Positions 1 through 7,897 of a stretch of 61,790 bases of DNA are shown in pieces (position 1 is the first letter of the stretch; each line of letters opens with the position of its first letter). This DNA comes from Streptosporangiaceae bacterium (GTDB lineage Bacteria; Actinomycetota; Actinomycetes; Streptosporangiales; Streptosporangiaceae): contig JBAPYC010001315.1 of the NCBI GenBank assembly GCA_049284535.1, positions 1 to 61,790 of the forward strand. Reading direction: 5' to 3'. A program made the position numbers and the translations under genes. Under the pieces are notes generated by a model that worked only from the letters and a program-made list of their open reading frames with translations, was not told the DNA's origin and did not search any database.

Positions 1-617
1 GCGCGGGCCGCGGCCAGCGCCTTGGCGGGCTCGATGCCGTCGCGTTCGGTCAGTACCTGGGCGACGGCCGCCGACGACGGCACGGTGAGCGTGACGACGC
101 GGCAGCGTGACCTGATCGTGGGCACCAGGTCCTCGGCGGACGGCGCGCACAGCAGCCACACCGTCTGGGGAGCCGGTTCCTCGATGGCTTTGAGCAGGGC
201 GTTGGCGGCTTGTTCGGTGCAGCGGTCGGCGTCCTCGAACAACACGATCTGCCAGCGGCCGCCGGTGGGCTTGCCCGCGGCGCGGAGCACCAGGTCGCGG
301 GTCTGCTTCACCCCGTAGGACAGCCCCTCGGGCCGGACCAGCAGCAGGTCGGCGTGGGTGCCGGCCAGCACCTGGTGGCAGCAGGCGCAGTCGCCGCAGC
401 CGCCGTCGTCGGCGTCGTCACAGAGGAGCGCGGCGGCGAAGGCCCGGGCCGCCACCGAGCGGCCGGAGCCGGGCGGGCCGGTGAACAGCCAGGCGTGCGT
501 CATCGCACCCGGTTCGGGGTGGCCGCCGGCCAGCACGGTTGAGGCGGCCGCCGCGGCCTTGCGGAGCTGGGCGACGACCGCGTCCTGGCCGGGCAGGTCG
601 GCGAACACGCCGGTCAT
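1..617 (-). CDS. holB: DNA polymerase III subunit delta' (N-terminal part; C-terminus lies beyond the window edge)
   Basis: Absent from the ORF track because it is open at the edge. My reverse-strand translation from ATG 617..615 gives MTGVFADLPGQDAVVAQLRKAA...HAWLFTGPPGSGRSVAARAFAAALLC..GCGDCACCHQVLAGTHADLLLV...FEDADRCTEQAANALLKAIEEP...IRSRCR. This shows a Walker A, a Cys-rich Zn module and an SRC-type motif. ATGA overlap with the upstream tmk stop (614..616). Confidence 0.85.
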   Translation of the reverse strand, partial: MTGVFADLPGQDAVVAQLRKAAAAASTVLAGGHPEPGAMTHAWLFTGPPGSGRSVAARAFAAALLCDDADDGGCGDCACCHQVLAGTHADLLLVRPEGLSYGVKQTRDLVLRAAGKPTGGRWQIVLFEDADRCTEQAANALLKAIEEPAPQTVWLLCAPSAEDLVPTIRSRCRVVTLTVPSSAAVAQVLTERDGIEPAKALAAAR

Positions 618-2917
618 GGGGCGCTGCGGGGGTGGCGGGGGGTGGGGGTGAGGACCTGTTCGCGGACGGCGGGGATCTCGCCGGTGTGGGCTTCGGCAAC
701 CGAGGGGACTGGGTCGGGCAGCAGCTCGCGGATCCGCTCGGTGATGTCGCGGGTGACGTCGCCGGGCGGGCGGGCGGCGTCCAGCACGAGGTAACGCGAT
801 GGATCGGCCTGGGCCAGGTCGAGGAAGCCCTGGCGGACCCGCAGGTGAAACTCGGCGGGTTCGGCCTCCAGCCGGTCCGCCGAACGGGCCCGGCGGCTCA
901 GCCCCGCTATCGGGTCCATGTCCAGCAGGATGGTCAGGTCCGGGGTGCGCCCGCCGGTGGCCCAGCGGTTGAAGCGGGTGATCTCGTCCAGGTCCAGGCC
1001 CCGGCCCGCGCCCTGGTAGGCCAGCGAGGAGTCGACGTACCGGTCGGTGATCACGATCGCGCCGCGCTCCAGCGCCGGGGCGATGACCGAGGACACGTGC
1101 TCGGCCCGGTCAGCCGCGTACATCAGCGCCTCGGCGTGCGCCGACATGCCGGTGTGGGTGGTGTCGAGCAGCAGCGCGCGCAGCCGCATGCCGATCTTGG
1201 TCGCGCCCGGCTCGTGCGTGGTCAGCACGTCGTAGCCGAGTTCGCGCAGCCAGATCGCGATCAGCCGGGCCTGGGTAGTCTTGCCCGAGCCCTCGCCGCC
1301 CTCGAACGCGATGAACAGCCCGGGCGAGGCGGCCAGGGCGGCGTTCCCGTTCATGGCCGCAGCGGCCGCGGCCTCGGCCGGCGACGGCAGATGCTCGCCG
1401 CGGATCGCGGCCAGCAGGTCCGCGACCAGCGGCACGCCCTTGCGGTCGTCCATCTGCCGGTAGGAGCTCACCCCGAGCAGCGCCGCGATCAGCGCGGCCA
1501 GCAAGATGACCACGTTCTGCCCGGCCGAGGCGTAGACCACGCTGCCGATCTTCACGTTGCCGGTGCCGTTCAGGTGGGTGATCAGCCCGGTCAGGCCGGC
1601 CGAGATGAACGGCACCACCGCGATCACCGCGAGCAGGATGACCTGGATGGTGGACATGAAGAAGGCGAACACGCGGCCGCGGGTGTCGTCGTCGACCTCG
1701 AGCCCGACGATGGTGAAACCGGTCGCGTAGGCGATGCCGGACAGCGCGCCGAGCAGCACCACGAACAGGACCACCGCGCCCAGCACCGGCACCAGGCCGA
1801 TCAGCGCGAGCGAGATCGCGGCCGCGGTGAGCGTGACGCCGAACAGGCGGCGGCGGCTGAAGTCTCCGAGCACCTTGGTGCCCAGCGCCATGCCCAGCGC
1901 CATCCCGATGAAGATGGCGGCGAAGACCAGACCCCAGCCCGCACTGCCCCCGTGCAGCGTGGCCGAGACGTACTGGTAGCCCAGGCCCACCACCACGCCG
2001 GCCGCGGCGAACGCGCCCAGCATGCCGAGCACCAGGCCGCGCACGGCCGGGGTGTTCCGGATGAACCGCCAGCCGTCCCAGATGGACTTCAGCGTGGACG
2101 GGACGGAGATCTTCCCGCTGGCGCTGCGCTTGGGGATCTCGTGGATGAAGTAGACGGTGATCGCGGAGATGAAGTAGGAGGCGGCGTTGAAGTACAGGGC
2201 CAGGTCCACGTTGCTGGCGTGGAACAGCGGCGTGACCCGGCTGATCCCTTCGCTGACCAGGGCCAGCACGCTGAACAGGCCGGCCGCGAGCGGCGCCGTG
2301 CCGTAGGTGGTGAGCAGGCTGAGCTGGTTGGCCCGTTCCAGCTTGTCCTTGGGCACCAGGTTGGGAATGGACGCCGAGGTGGCCGGGCTCCAGAACTGGC
2401 TGGTGATGCCGGCCAGGAACTTGGCGACGTAGATCCAGGTCAGGTTCGGGAAGAGCGGGATCGACAGGAACAGCAGGCCGCGGATCACGTCGCCGGCGAT
2501 CATCAGCATCCGGCGGTCCAGCCGGTCGGCCAGCGCCCCGGCCAGCGGCCCGAACAGCAGCGCCGGCAGCAGCGTCACCACCCAGACGAGGCCGACGGCC
2601 GAGGTCTTGGCGACCGCGCCGCCCGGCGTGAGTGACGGCGCGAGCACGATGAGCGCGAGGATAGACAGCCAGTCACCCAGGCTGGACAGGGACAGCGCGA
2701 TCCACAACCGCCGGAACGGCTTAATCGACAGCACGCCGGGCTCCCTGGTCCCCGGATGGCGGGTCCCAGGGTGGCGGGCATGGTGGCGCCGCACGACGCC
2801 GCGGCCGGGCTCCCCCCGGTCGGCGCCGTCAGATCTCGGTGCGGCGCGGAAGTTCACGGCGTAAGCGTATCGGCAGTACGGGCCCCATAACGGGTTAGTC
2901 CTTGATCGTGACGCCAC
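614..2917 (-). CDS. tmk: MFS-type membrane domain fused to thymidylate kinase
   Basis: 767-aa ORF. About 12 hydrophobic helices in the N-terminal two thirds (FRRLWIALSLSSLGDWL...). The C-terminal part, LFIAFEGGEGSGKTTQARLIAIWLRELGYDVLTTHEPGATKIGMRLR...DRYVDSSLAYQGAGRG, is a canonical dTMP kinase. Sits between topA and holB as in other actinomycetes. The start codon is uncertain; alternative GTG starts lie downstream of 2917. Confidence 0.85.
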   Translation of the reverse strand: MASRSRTNPLWGPYCRYAYAVNFRAAPRSDGADRGEPGRGVVRRHHARHPGTRHPGTREPGVLSIKPFRRLWIALSLSSLGDWLSILALIVLAPSLTPGGAVAKTSAVGLVWVVTLLPALLFGPLAGALADRLDRRMLMIAGDVIRGLLFLSIPLFPNLTWIYVAKFLAGITSQFWSPATSASIPNLVPKDKLERANQLSLLTTYGTAPLAAGLFSVLALVSEGISRVTPLFHASNVDLALYFNAASYFISAITVYFIHEIPKRSASGKISVPSTLKSIWDGWRFIRNTPAVRGLVLGMLGAFAAAGVVVGLGYQYVSATLHGGSAGWGLVFAAIFIGMALGMALGTKVLGDFSRRRLFGVTLTAAAISLALIGLVPVLGAVVLFVVLLGALSGIAYATGFTIVGLEVDDDTRGRVFAFFMSTIQVILLAVIAVVPFISAGLTGLITHLNGTGNVKIGSVVYASAGQNVVILLAALIAALLGVSSYRQMDDRKGVPLVADLLAAIRGEHLPSPAEAAAAAAMNGNAALAASPGLFIAFEGGEGSGKTTQARLIAIWLRELGYDVLTTHEPGATKIGMRLRALLLDTTHTGMSAHAEALMYAADRAEHVSSVIAPALERGAIVITDRYVDSSLAYQGAGRGLDLDEITRFNRWATGGRTPDLTILLDMDPIAGLSRRARSADRLEAEPAEFHLRVRQGFLDLAQADPSRYLVLDAARPPGDVTRDITERIRELLPDPVPSVAEAHTGEIPAVREQVLTPTPRHPRSAP

Positions 2918-2926
2918 ACATGCCGG

Positions 2927-5887
2927 TCAGGATTTCTTCGAGGCCGAACGGGTGGGGGTGGCAGCTTTTTTCGAGGCCGAACGGGCCGGGGTGGCAGCTT
3001 TCTTCCTGGTCGTCGTGGTGCTCCGGCGGCGGGGAGACGGCGGGGCGGAGCGCCGGTCAGCGAGCAGCTCGGCGGCCCGCTCGATGGTGATCGTGGCGAC
3101 CTCGTCGCCCTTGCGCAGCGACGCGTTCGTCTCCCCGTCGGTCACATACGGGCCGAACCGGCCGTCCTTGATCACCATCGGCTTCTTGGTGGCCGGGTCG
3201 TCGCCCAGCTCGCGCAGCGGCGGGGCGGCGGCGCCGGTGCGGCGGCCGCGCGCCTTGGGCTGGGCGAACAGCTCCTTGGCCTCGGCCAGGGTCATGGAGA
3301 ACAGCTGCTCCTCGGTCTCCAGCGACCGGCTGTCCGTGCCCTTCTTGACGTAGGGCCCGTACCGGCCGTTCTGCACGGTGACTGGCTCGCCGTCGAGCTC
3401 GCCCAGGGTGCGGGGCAGGCTCAGCAGCTTGAGCGCGTCCGCCAGCGTGACCGTGTCCAGCGCCATCGACTTCAGCAGCGACGCGGTGCGCGGCTTGGCG
3501 GAGGCGGGCGCGTCGTCGGGGAGCTGCTCGGTCACGTATGGGCCGAACCGGCCGGCCTTGGCGACCACCGGCAGACCGCTATCGGGATCAGCGCCGAGAA
3601 GCACATCCTCGTTCGGCTGACTGAACAGCTCCTCGGCCTTTTCCACGGTCAGCTCGTCCGGCGCGATGTCGTCGGGGACGTTCACCCGCTGCCCGTCGCG
3701 CTCCAGGTAGGGCCCGTACCGGCCGACCCGCACCACGATGTCGGACCCGGCCAGCGGGAACGAGCTGACGTCCCGCGCGTCGATGTCGCTGATGTCGCCG
3801 ACCAGGGACTTCAGGCCCGGGTCGTCGCCGTCGGCGGCACCGTCGCCGAAGTAGAACCGGCGCAGCCACGGCACCCGCTCGGCCTCGCCGCGGGCGATCT
3901 CGTCGAGCACGTCCTCCATGTGCGCGGTGAACTCATAGTCGACCAGCTGGCCGAAGTGCCGCTCCAGCAGGGTGACCACGGCGAAGGCCAGGAACGAGGG
4001 GACCAGCGCGGTGCCCTTCTTGAACACGTAGCCGCGGTCCAGGATCGTGCCCATGATGCTCGCGTAGGTCGAGGGCCGGCCGATCTCCCGGTCTTCCAGC
4101 TCCTTGACCAGCGACGCCTCGGTGTAGCGGGCCGGCGGCCGGGTGGAGTGCTCGGCCGCGGCCAGCCGGAGCACGTCCAGCGGGTCGCTCTCGGCCATCG
4201 GCGGCAGCCGGCGCTCGCGGTCGTCCCGGTCGGTGGCGTCGTCGGTGTCCTCGACGTAGGCCTTGAGGAAGCCGTAGAAGTTGATGATCTTGCCGCTGGC
4301 GCCGAACTCGGCCCGCTCACCCGCGGAAGAGGACCCGGCCACCCGGACCGAGACCGACTCGCCGGTGGCGTCCTTCATCTGCGAGGCCACGGTGCGCTGC
4401 CAGATCAGCTCGTACAGGCGGCGCTCGTCGGAGGACAGCTCGCTGCGGACCTGGTTCGGGGTGCGGAAGCTGTCACCGGCCGGGCGGATGGCCTCGTGCG
4501 CCTCCTGGGCGTTCTTGACCTTGCTGGCGTAGACACGCGGGGCGTCCGGCACGTAATTCGCGCCGTACAGCTCGGCGGCCTGCTTGCGGGCCGCGCTGAT
4601 CGCGGTCTGGGACAGCGTCACCGAGTCGGTGCGCATATAGGTGATGTGGCCGTTCTCGTACAGCCGCTGGGCCACCGACATCGTGTGCTTGGCCGAGAAG
4701 CCCAGCTTGCGGGAGGCTTCCTGCTGCAGCGTGGTGGTGCGGAACGGCGCGTACGGCGAGCGCTTGTACGGCTTGCGCTCCACGCTGGAGACGGCGAAGG
4801 CGGAGTTCTCCAGCCGCTGCGCCAGCGCGGCCGCGGCCTGCGCGTCCAGGTGCAGGACGTCGCTGCTGGCGCCCTTCAGCTGGCCGGCGGCGGTGAAGTC
4901 GCGGCCCTGGGCGACCCGGCGGCCGTCCACGCTGACCAGGTTGGCGGTGAAGCTGGTGGGTTCCTCGGCGCCGGGCTTGCCGTGCTCGGCCGTTGCGAAC
5001 TCGGCCTCGATGTCGGAGTAGGCAGCGGCGCGGAACGCGATCCGCTCCCGCTCACGGTCGACGACCAGGCGGGTGGCGACGGACTGCACGCGCCCGGCCG
5101 ACAGCTTGGGCATGACCTTCTTCCACAGCACGGGCGAGACCTCATACCCGTACAGCCGGTCAAGCACCCGGCGGGCCTGGTAGGCGTCGACCTTGCCCTC
5201 GTCGAGCTGCTGCGGGTTGGCGATGGCGCGGGCGATCGCCTCCGGGGTGATCTCGTGGAAGACCATCCGGCTGGTCGGGACCTTGGGCTTGAGCTCCTCG
5301 AGCAGGTGCCAGGCGATGGCCTCGCCCTCGCGGTCTTCATCAGTGGCCAGGAAGAGCTCGTCGGCGTCCTTGAGCAGGCTCTTGAGCTTGGAGACCTGCT
5401 GCTTCTTGTCGTTGTGCACGACATACAAGGCCTGGAAGTTGTCGTCCACGTTGACGCCGAGCCGGGCCCAGGGCTCGCCCTTGTACTTGGCCGGGATGTC
5501 GGCCGCGCTGTCGGGCATGTCCCGGATGTGGCCCACGCTGGACTCGACCACGTAGCCCCGGCCCAGGTAGCCGGCGATGGTGCGGGCCTTGGACGGGGAC
5601 TCGACGATGACCAGCTTGGTGCTCTGGCCGTCGCCCGCAGAGGTGGCAGCCGTCCTCGCCCTGGCGCCGCCGCCGCTCTTCACCGTGCCCTTGGCGGCAC
5701 TGGTCTTGGCGGTACTGGCCCTGGTGCTGGTCTTAGTGCTGGTCTTCTGGGCGGCACCCTTGGCGCCGCTGGCCGTTTTAGTAGTCGTCGTCGATGTCCT
5801 CGCTGGCACGTTCTTCCCGTCCTCGCATCCGCGCCGTGACCCGTTCACGGTACCTGTGGTCACGCGCAGCCCTGAAGCTGCAACCAT
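2927..5887 (-). CDS. topA: DNA topoisomerase I (type IA) with Lys-rich C-terminal repeats
   Basis: KLVIVESPSKARTIAGYLG, EGEAIAWHL, GHITYMRTDS and repeated GRFGPYV / GRYGPYV C-terminal modules. The tail ends KKAATPARSASKKAATPTRSASKKS. Start uncertain: ATG 5887, GTG 5809 (GAGGA about 10 nt upstream) or ATG 5947 are all possible. Confidence 0.9.
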   Translation of the reverse strand: MVAASGLRVTTGTVNGSRRGCEDGKNVPARTSTTTTKTASGAKGAAQKTSTKTSTRASTAKTSAAKGTVKSGGGARARTAATSAGDGQSTKLVIVESPSKARTIAGYLGRGYVVESSVGHIRDMPDSAADIPAKYKGEPWARLGVNVDDNFQALYVVHNDKKQQVSKLKSLLKDADELFLATDEDREGEAIAWHLLEELKPKVPTSRMVFHEITPEAIARAIANPQQLDEGKVDAYQARRVLDRLYGYEVSPVLWKKVMPKLSAGRVQSVATRLVVDRERERIAFRAAAYSDIEAEFATAEHGKPGAEEPTSFTANLVSVDGRRVAQGRDFTAAGQLKGASSDVLHLDAQAAAALAQRLENSAFAVSSVERKPYKRSPYAPFRTTTLQQEASRKLGFSAKHTMSVAQRLYENGHITYMRTDSVTLSQTAISAARKQAAELYGANYVPDAPRVYASKVKNAQEAHEAIRPAGDSFRTPNQVRSELSSDERRLYELIWQRTVASQMKDATGESVSVRVAGSSSAGERAEFGASGKIINFYGFLKAYVEDTDDATDRDDRERRLPPMAESDPLDVLRLAAAEHSTRPPARYTEASLVKELEDREIGRPSTYASIMGTILDRGYVFKKGTALVPSFLAFAVVTLLERHFGQLVDYEFTAHMEDVLDEIARGEAERVPWLRRFYFGDGAADGDDPGLKSLVGDISDIDARDVSSFPLAGSDIVVRVGRYGPYLERDGQRVNVPDDIAPDELTVEKAEELFSQPNEDVLLGADPDSGLPVVAKAGRFGPYVTEQLPDDAPASAKPRTASLLKSMALDTVTLADALKLLSLPRTLGELDGEPVTVQNGRYGPYVKKGTDSRSLETEEQLFSMTLAEAKELFAQPKARGRRTGAAAPPLRELGDDPATKKPMVIKDGRFGPYVTDGETNASLRKGDEVATITIERAAELLADRRSAPPSPRRRSTTTTRKKAATPARSASKKAATPTRSASKKS
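2930..3005 (-). repeat. Coding tandem repeat (about 36 nt x2) encoding the SASKKAATP(A/T)R tail of TopA
   Basis: ttcgaggccgaacgggtgggggtggcagc is followed by ttcgaggccgaacgggccggggtggcagc. Confidence 0.7.
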
Positions 5888-5985
5888 CGGCCCGGTTCGG
5901 TGTGTTCCCGTACGCCCGCCGTAATAAGCCGGCAACTTTCCCGCCATGGGTTGAATCACCGGTGAACTTAAGCACAATAGGACCG

Positions 5986-6171
5986 ATGGCCGAGTATGCC
6001 TACCTGGTCGTGTATCTGCCGCGCGGAACCAATCGCGACACCGCGCGGCGGATCCTGACCGACCACGCCGAGTACGGACACTGGGAACTTGCCAGGCTCC
6101 GGCTCAACGCCGACGGCAGCAGGAAGGCTACCCTCCGAAGGCGAATCATACGCGCAGTCCGCACATTCTGA
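5986..6171 (+). CDS. Small conserved actinobacterial protein (DUF5703-like), divergent from topA
   Basis: MAEYAYLVVYLPRGTNRDTARRILTDHAEYGHWELARLRLNADGSRKATLRRRIIRAVRTF. The ATG at 5986 is the internal Met of track ORF 5794..6171. I recognise this 61-aa pattern as a family usually found next to topA in actinomycetes. Confidence 0.6.
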   Translation: MAEYAYLVVYLPRGTNRDTARRILTDHAEYGHWELARLRLNADGSRKATLRRRIIRAVRTF

Positions 6172-6291
6172 GCTGATCCCGCGATCTGGCGGTTACACCG
6201 CGGCCCGGACTGCTGCTTTTCGGTGGCACTTTCTCTAACGCTTTTCCCGGCGTTTTCCTGCCCGTTCCCTGGGCTTTCCTGCCCGGACATG

Positions 6292-6339
6292 CCTGTGTGC
6301 GGCTTCTCCCGGAAGGGGCGGGAAGAAGCCGCACACAGG
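6292..6339. terminator. Strong hairpin between convergent genes (candidate bidirectional terminator)
   Basis: cctgtgtgcggcttct (6292..6307) pairs perfectly with agaagccgcacacagg (6324..6339), a 16-bp stem. It lies between the stop of the DUF5703-like gene (6171) and the stop of the chaplin gene (6537). No T-tract, as is usual in high-GC actinomycetes. Confidence 0.5.
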
Positions 6340-6536
6340 GGCGCCGCCGACGCGCGGCGCGGGCCACGCCGCCCGGCTGGCCTGAGCCCCCTGACAAAGG
6401 CTCGGCTGCGGGGCGGGTGTGGCCCTGGAAGGGCGGGGCCAGTGGGGCCGGGCCGCCTGACGGGAGTCGACCGGTTGAGGTGGGGTCGACCGTGTGGCTG
6501 GCCCGGCCGCCTGACTGGCGCGACCGCCCGGGAGGG

Positions 6537-7892
6537 CTAGGCTGCCTGGCTGACTTGCCCCTGGCTGGCCTGGTTGCTCCGGCGGCGCCGGGCGAACATC
6601 ACCGCGCCGGTACCCGCGGCGATGCTGCCGAATGCGACCGCTGCGACCGCTGCCAGGTCCGCGCCGGTGGTGGGCAGGTTGCCCGACATCGCCGTGGTAG
6701 TGGCTGAGGTCACGTTCGTGCTGCCCGAGCTGCCGGCATTGTTGCCGAGGCCCGGACCGGAACCGCCGGAAGTCGTGATGCCGGGAATGACGCCGCCCGG
6801 GTGCCGGTGGTGCGTGCCGCCGGCCGGCGGGACCACCGTGCAGGTGTGGCCGACGCAGCCGGGGGGCGTGGTGCAGTGCGTGCGGTGGCACACCGGGGTG
6901 GTGCAGTGGGTGCCGTGGCAGACGGGGGTGGTGCAGTCGCGGCCGTGGCACACCGGCGGCGGGGTGCAATCCCGGTCGCGGCAGGCCGGCGGCGGGGTGC
7001 AGTCCGCGCCGTGGCAGGTGGGCTGCGGGGTGATGATGGTGGTCGTGGTGGTGGCACCGCCGCGACAGCCGGAGTCGGCCTCCCCGAGCACGGCCAGCGA
7101 GACGCTGCAGACGCTGATCGGGATGCTGATCGGCGCGTTGATGGTGTTGCCGTCCACGGCGGACAGGTTGCCGATGCCGGTGACGTCGCCATTGTTGCCG
7201 CCGCCGCCGCCCGAACCGACGATGGCGGTGTCGGTGGTGGCGCCGCCGGCGCAGCCGGAGTTGGCGAGCCCGAGGATGGCCAGCGAGATGCTGCACGCGT
7301 CGATGGGCGCGCTGATCGGTGCGTTGATGGTGTTGCCGTTCACGGCGGAGATGTTGCCGACGCCCGAGGTGTCGCCGTCGTTGCCGCCGCCGCCACCGGA
7401 ACCGACGATGGCGGTGCTGGAGTGAGATCCGCCGGCGCAGTGCGATGTGGCCGCGCCGGCGACCGCGCCGGAGACCCCGCAGAGGCTGATCGGCGCGCTG
7501 ACTGGAGCGTTGATGGTGTTGCCGTTCACGGCGGTGATGTTGCCGACGCCGCTGGTGTCACCGCTGCCAGCCGAGCCGCCAGCCGAACCGCCGGCCAAGC
7601 CGCCGGCCGGGCCCCCGGCCGGACCGCCGGACGGGTCGACGACGGTCGTGTTCGAGCTGGCGCCACCCTGGCACCCGGCCTCGGACCCGCCGAGCACCCC
7701 GACGCCGATACCGCAGAGGTCGACCGGCAGGCTCACCGGCAGGTTGATGCCGTTCCCGTTCAGGAGCGAGAGGTTCCCCAGACCCGTGGTGTTGCCACTC
7801 GGGCCGGCGGCGTACGCCGCGGTGGGCATTGCGAGGGAAACAGCGACTATCGCCGTGCCGGCCGCAGCCGACAACCACCTGACCTTCTTCAT
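6537..7892 (-). CDS. Secreted four-domain chaplin-like protein with Cys/His/Thr/Pro repeat spacer and LPXTG sorting signal
   Basis: Signal peptide MKKVRWLSAAAGTAIVAVSLAMPTAAYA. Four copies of the chaplin/DUF320 pattern (G-N-x-[SL]-x-[LV]-[ND]-G-N-x-I-N-x-P-[VI]-S-x-P-[IV]-x-x-C-[GS]...G-C-x-G-G). Then CHGADCTPPPACRDRDCTPPPVCHGRDCTTPVCHGTHCTTPVCHRTHCTTPPGCVGHTC. Then LPTTG (6663..6677), a hydrophobic helix and ARRRR. Confidence 0.8.
   Translation of the reverse strand: MKKVRWLSAAAGTAIVAVSLAMPTAAYAAGPSGNTTGLGNLSLLNGNGINLPVSLPVDLCGIGVGVLGGSEAGCQGGASSNTTVVDPSGGPAGGPAGGLAGGSAGGSAGSGDTSGVGNITAVNGNTINAPVSAPISLCGVSGAVAGAATSHCAGGSHSSTAIVGSGGGGGNDGDTSGVGNISAVNGNTINAPISAPIDACSISLAILGLANSGCAGGATTDTAIVGSGGGGGNNGDVTGIGNLSAVDGNTINAPISIPISVCSVSLAVLGEADSGCRGGATTTTTIITPQPTCHGADCTPPPACRDRDCTPPPVCHGRDCTTPVCHGTHCTTPVCHRTHCTTPPGCVGHTCTVVPPAGGTHHRHPGGVIPGITTSGGSGPGLGNNAGSSGSTNVTSATTTAMSGNLPTTGADLAAVAAVAFGSIAAGTGAVMFARRRRSNQASQGQVSQAA
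6842..7025 (-). repeat. Coding tandem repeat, roughly 27-30 nt units, encoding C-H-x-x-x-C-T-T-P-V-like modules
   Basis: Repeated ggtgcagtgcgtgcggtggcacaccgggg-like units are visible on the + strand. They translate to about six Cys-pair modules. Confidence 0.7.
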
Positions 7893-7897
7893 GATTG

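Noticed and set aside
539-2635. 698-aa + strand ORF, very Arg/Gly/Asp/His-rich
   Set aside because: It is antisense to the well-supported MFS-tmk gene. The composition is typical of the wrong frame in high-GC DNA and there are no motifs.
2744-2775. 15-nt imperfect tandem repeat encoding HPGTR-HPGTR
   Set aside because: It lies in the uncertain N-terminal leader of the tmk fusion and may not even be translated. It is too small to interpret.
3920-5839. 639-aa + strand ORF
   Set aside because: It is antisense to topA, has low-complexity Gly/Arg/Leu composition and no recognisable domain.
6842-7025. Regular ~27-30-nt tandem repeats that could superficially suggest a CRISPR-like or satellite array
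   Set aside because: There are no unique spacers. The repeats are in frame inside the chaplin gene and encode the Cys/His/Thr/Pro modules. No CRISPR array was seen anywhere in the window.
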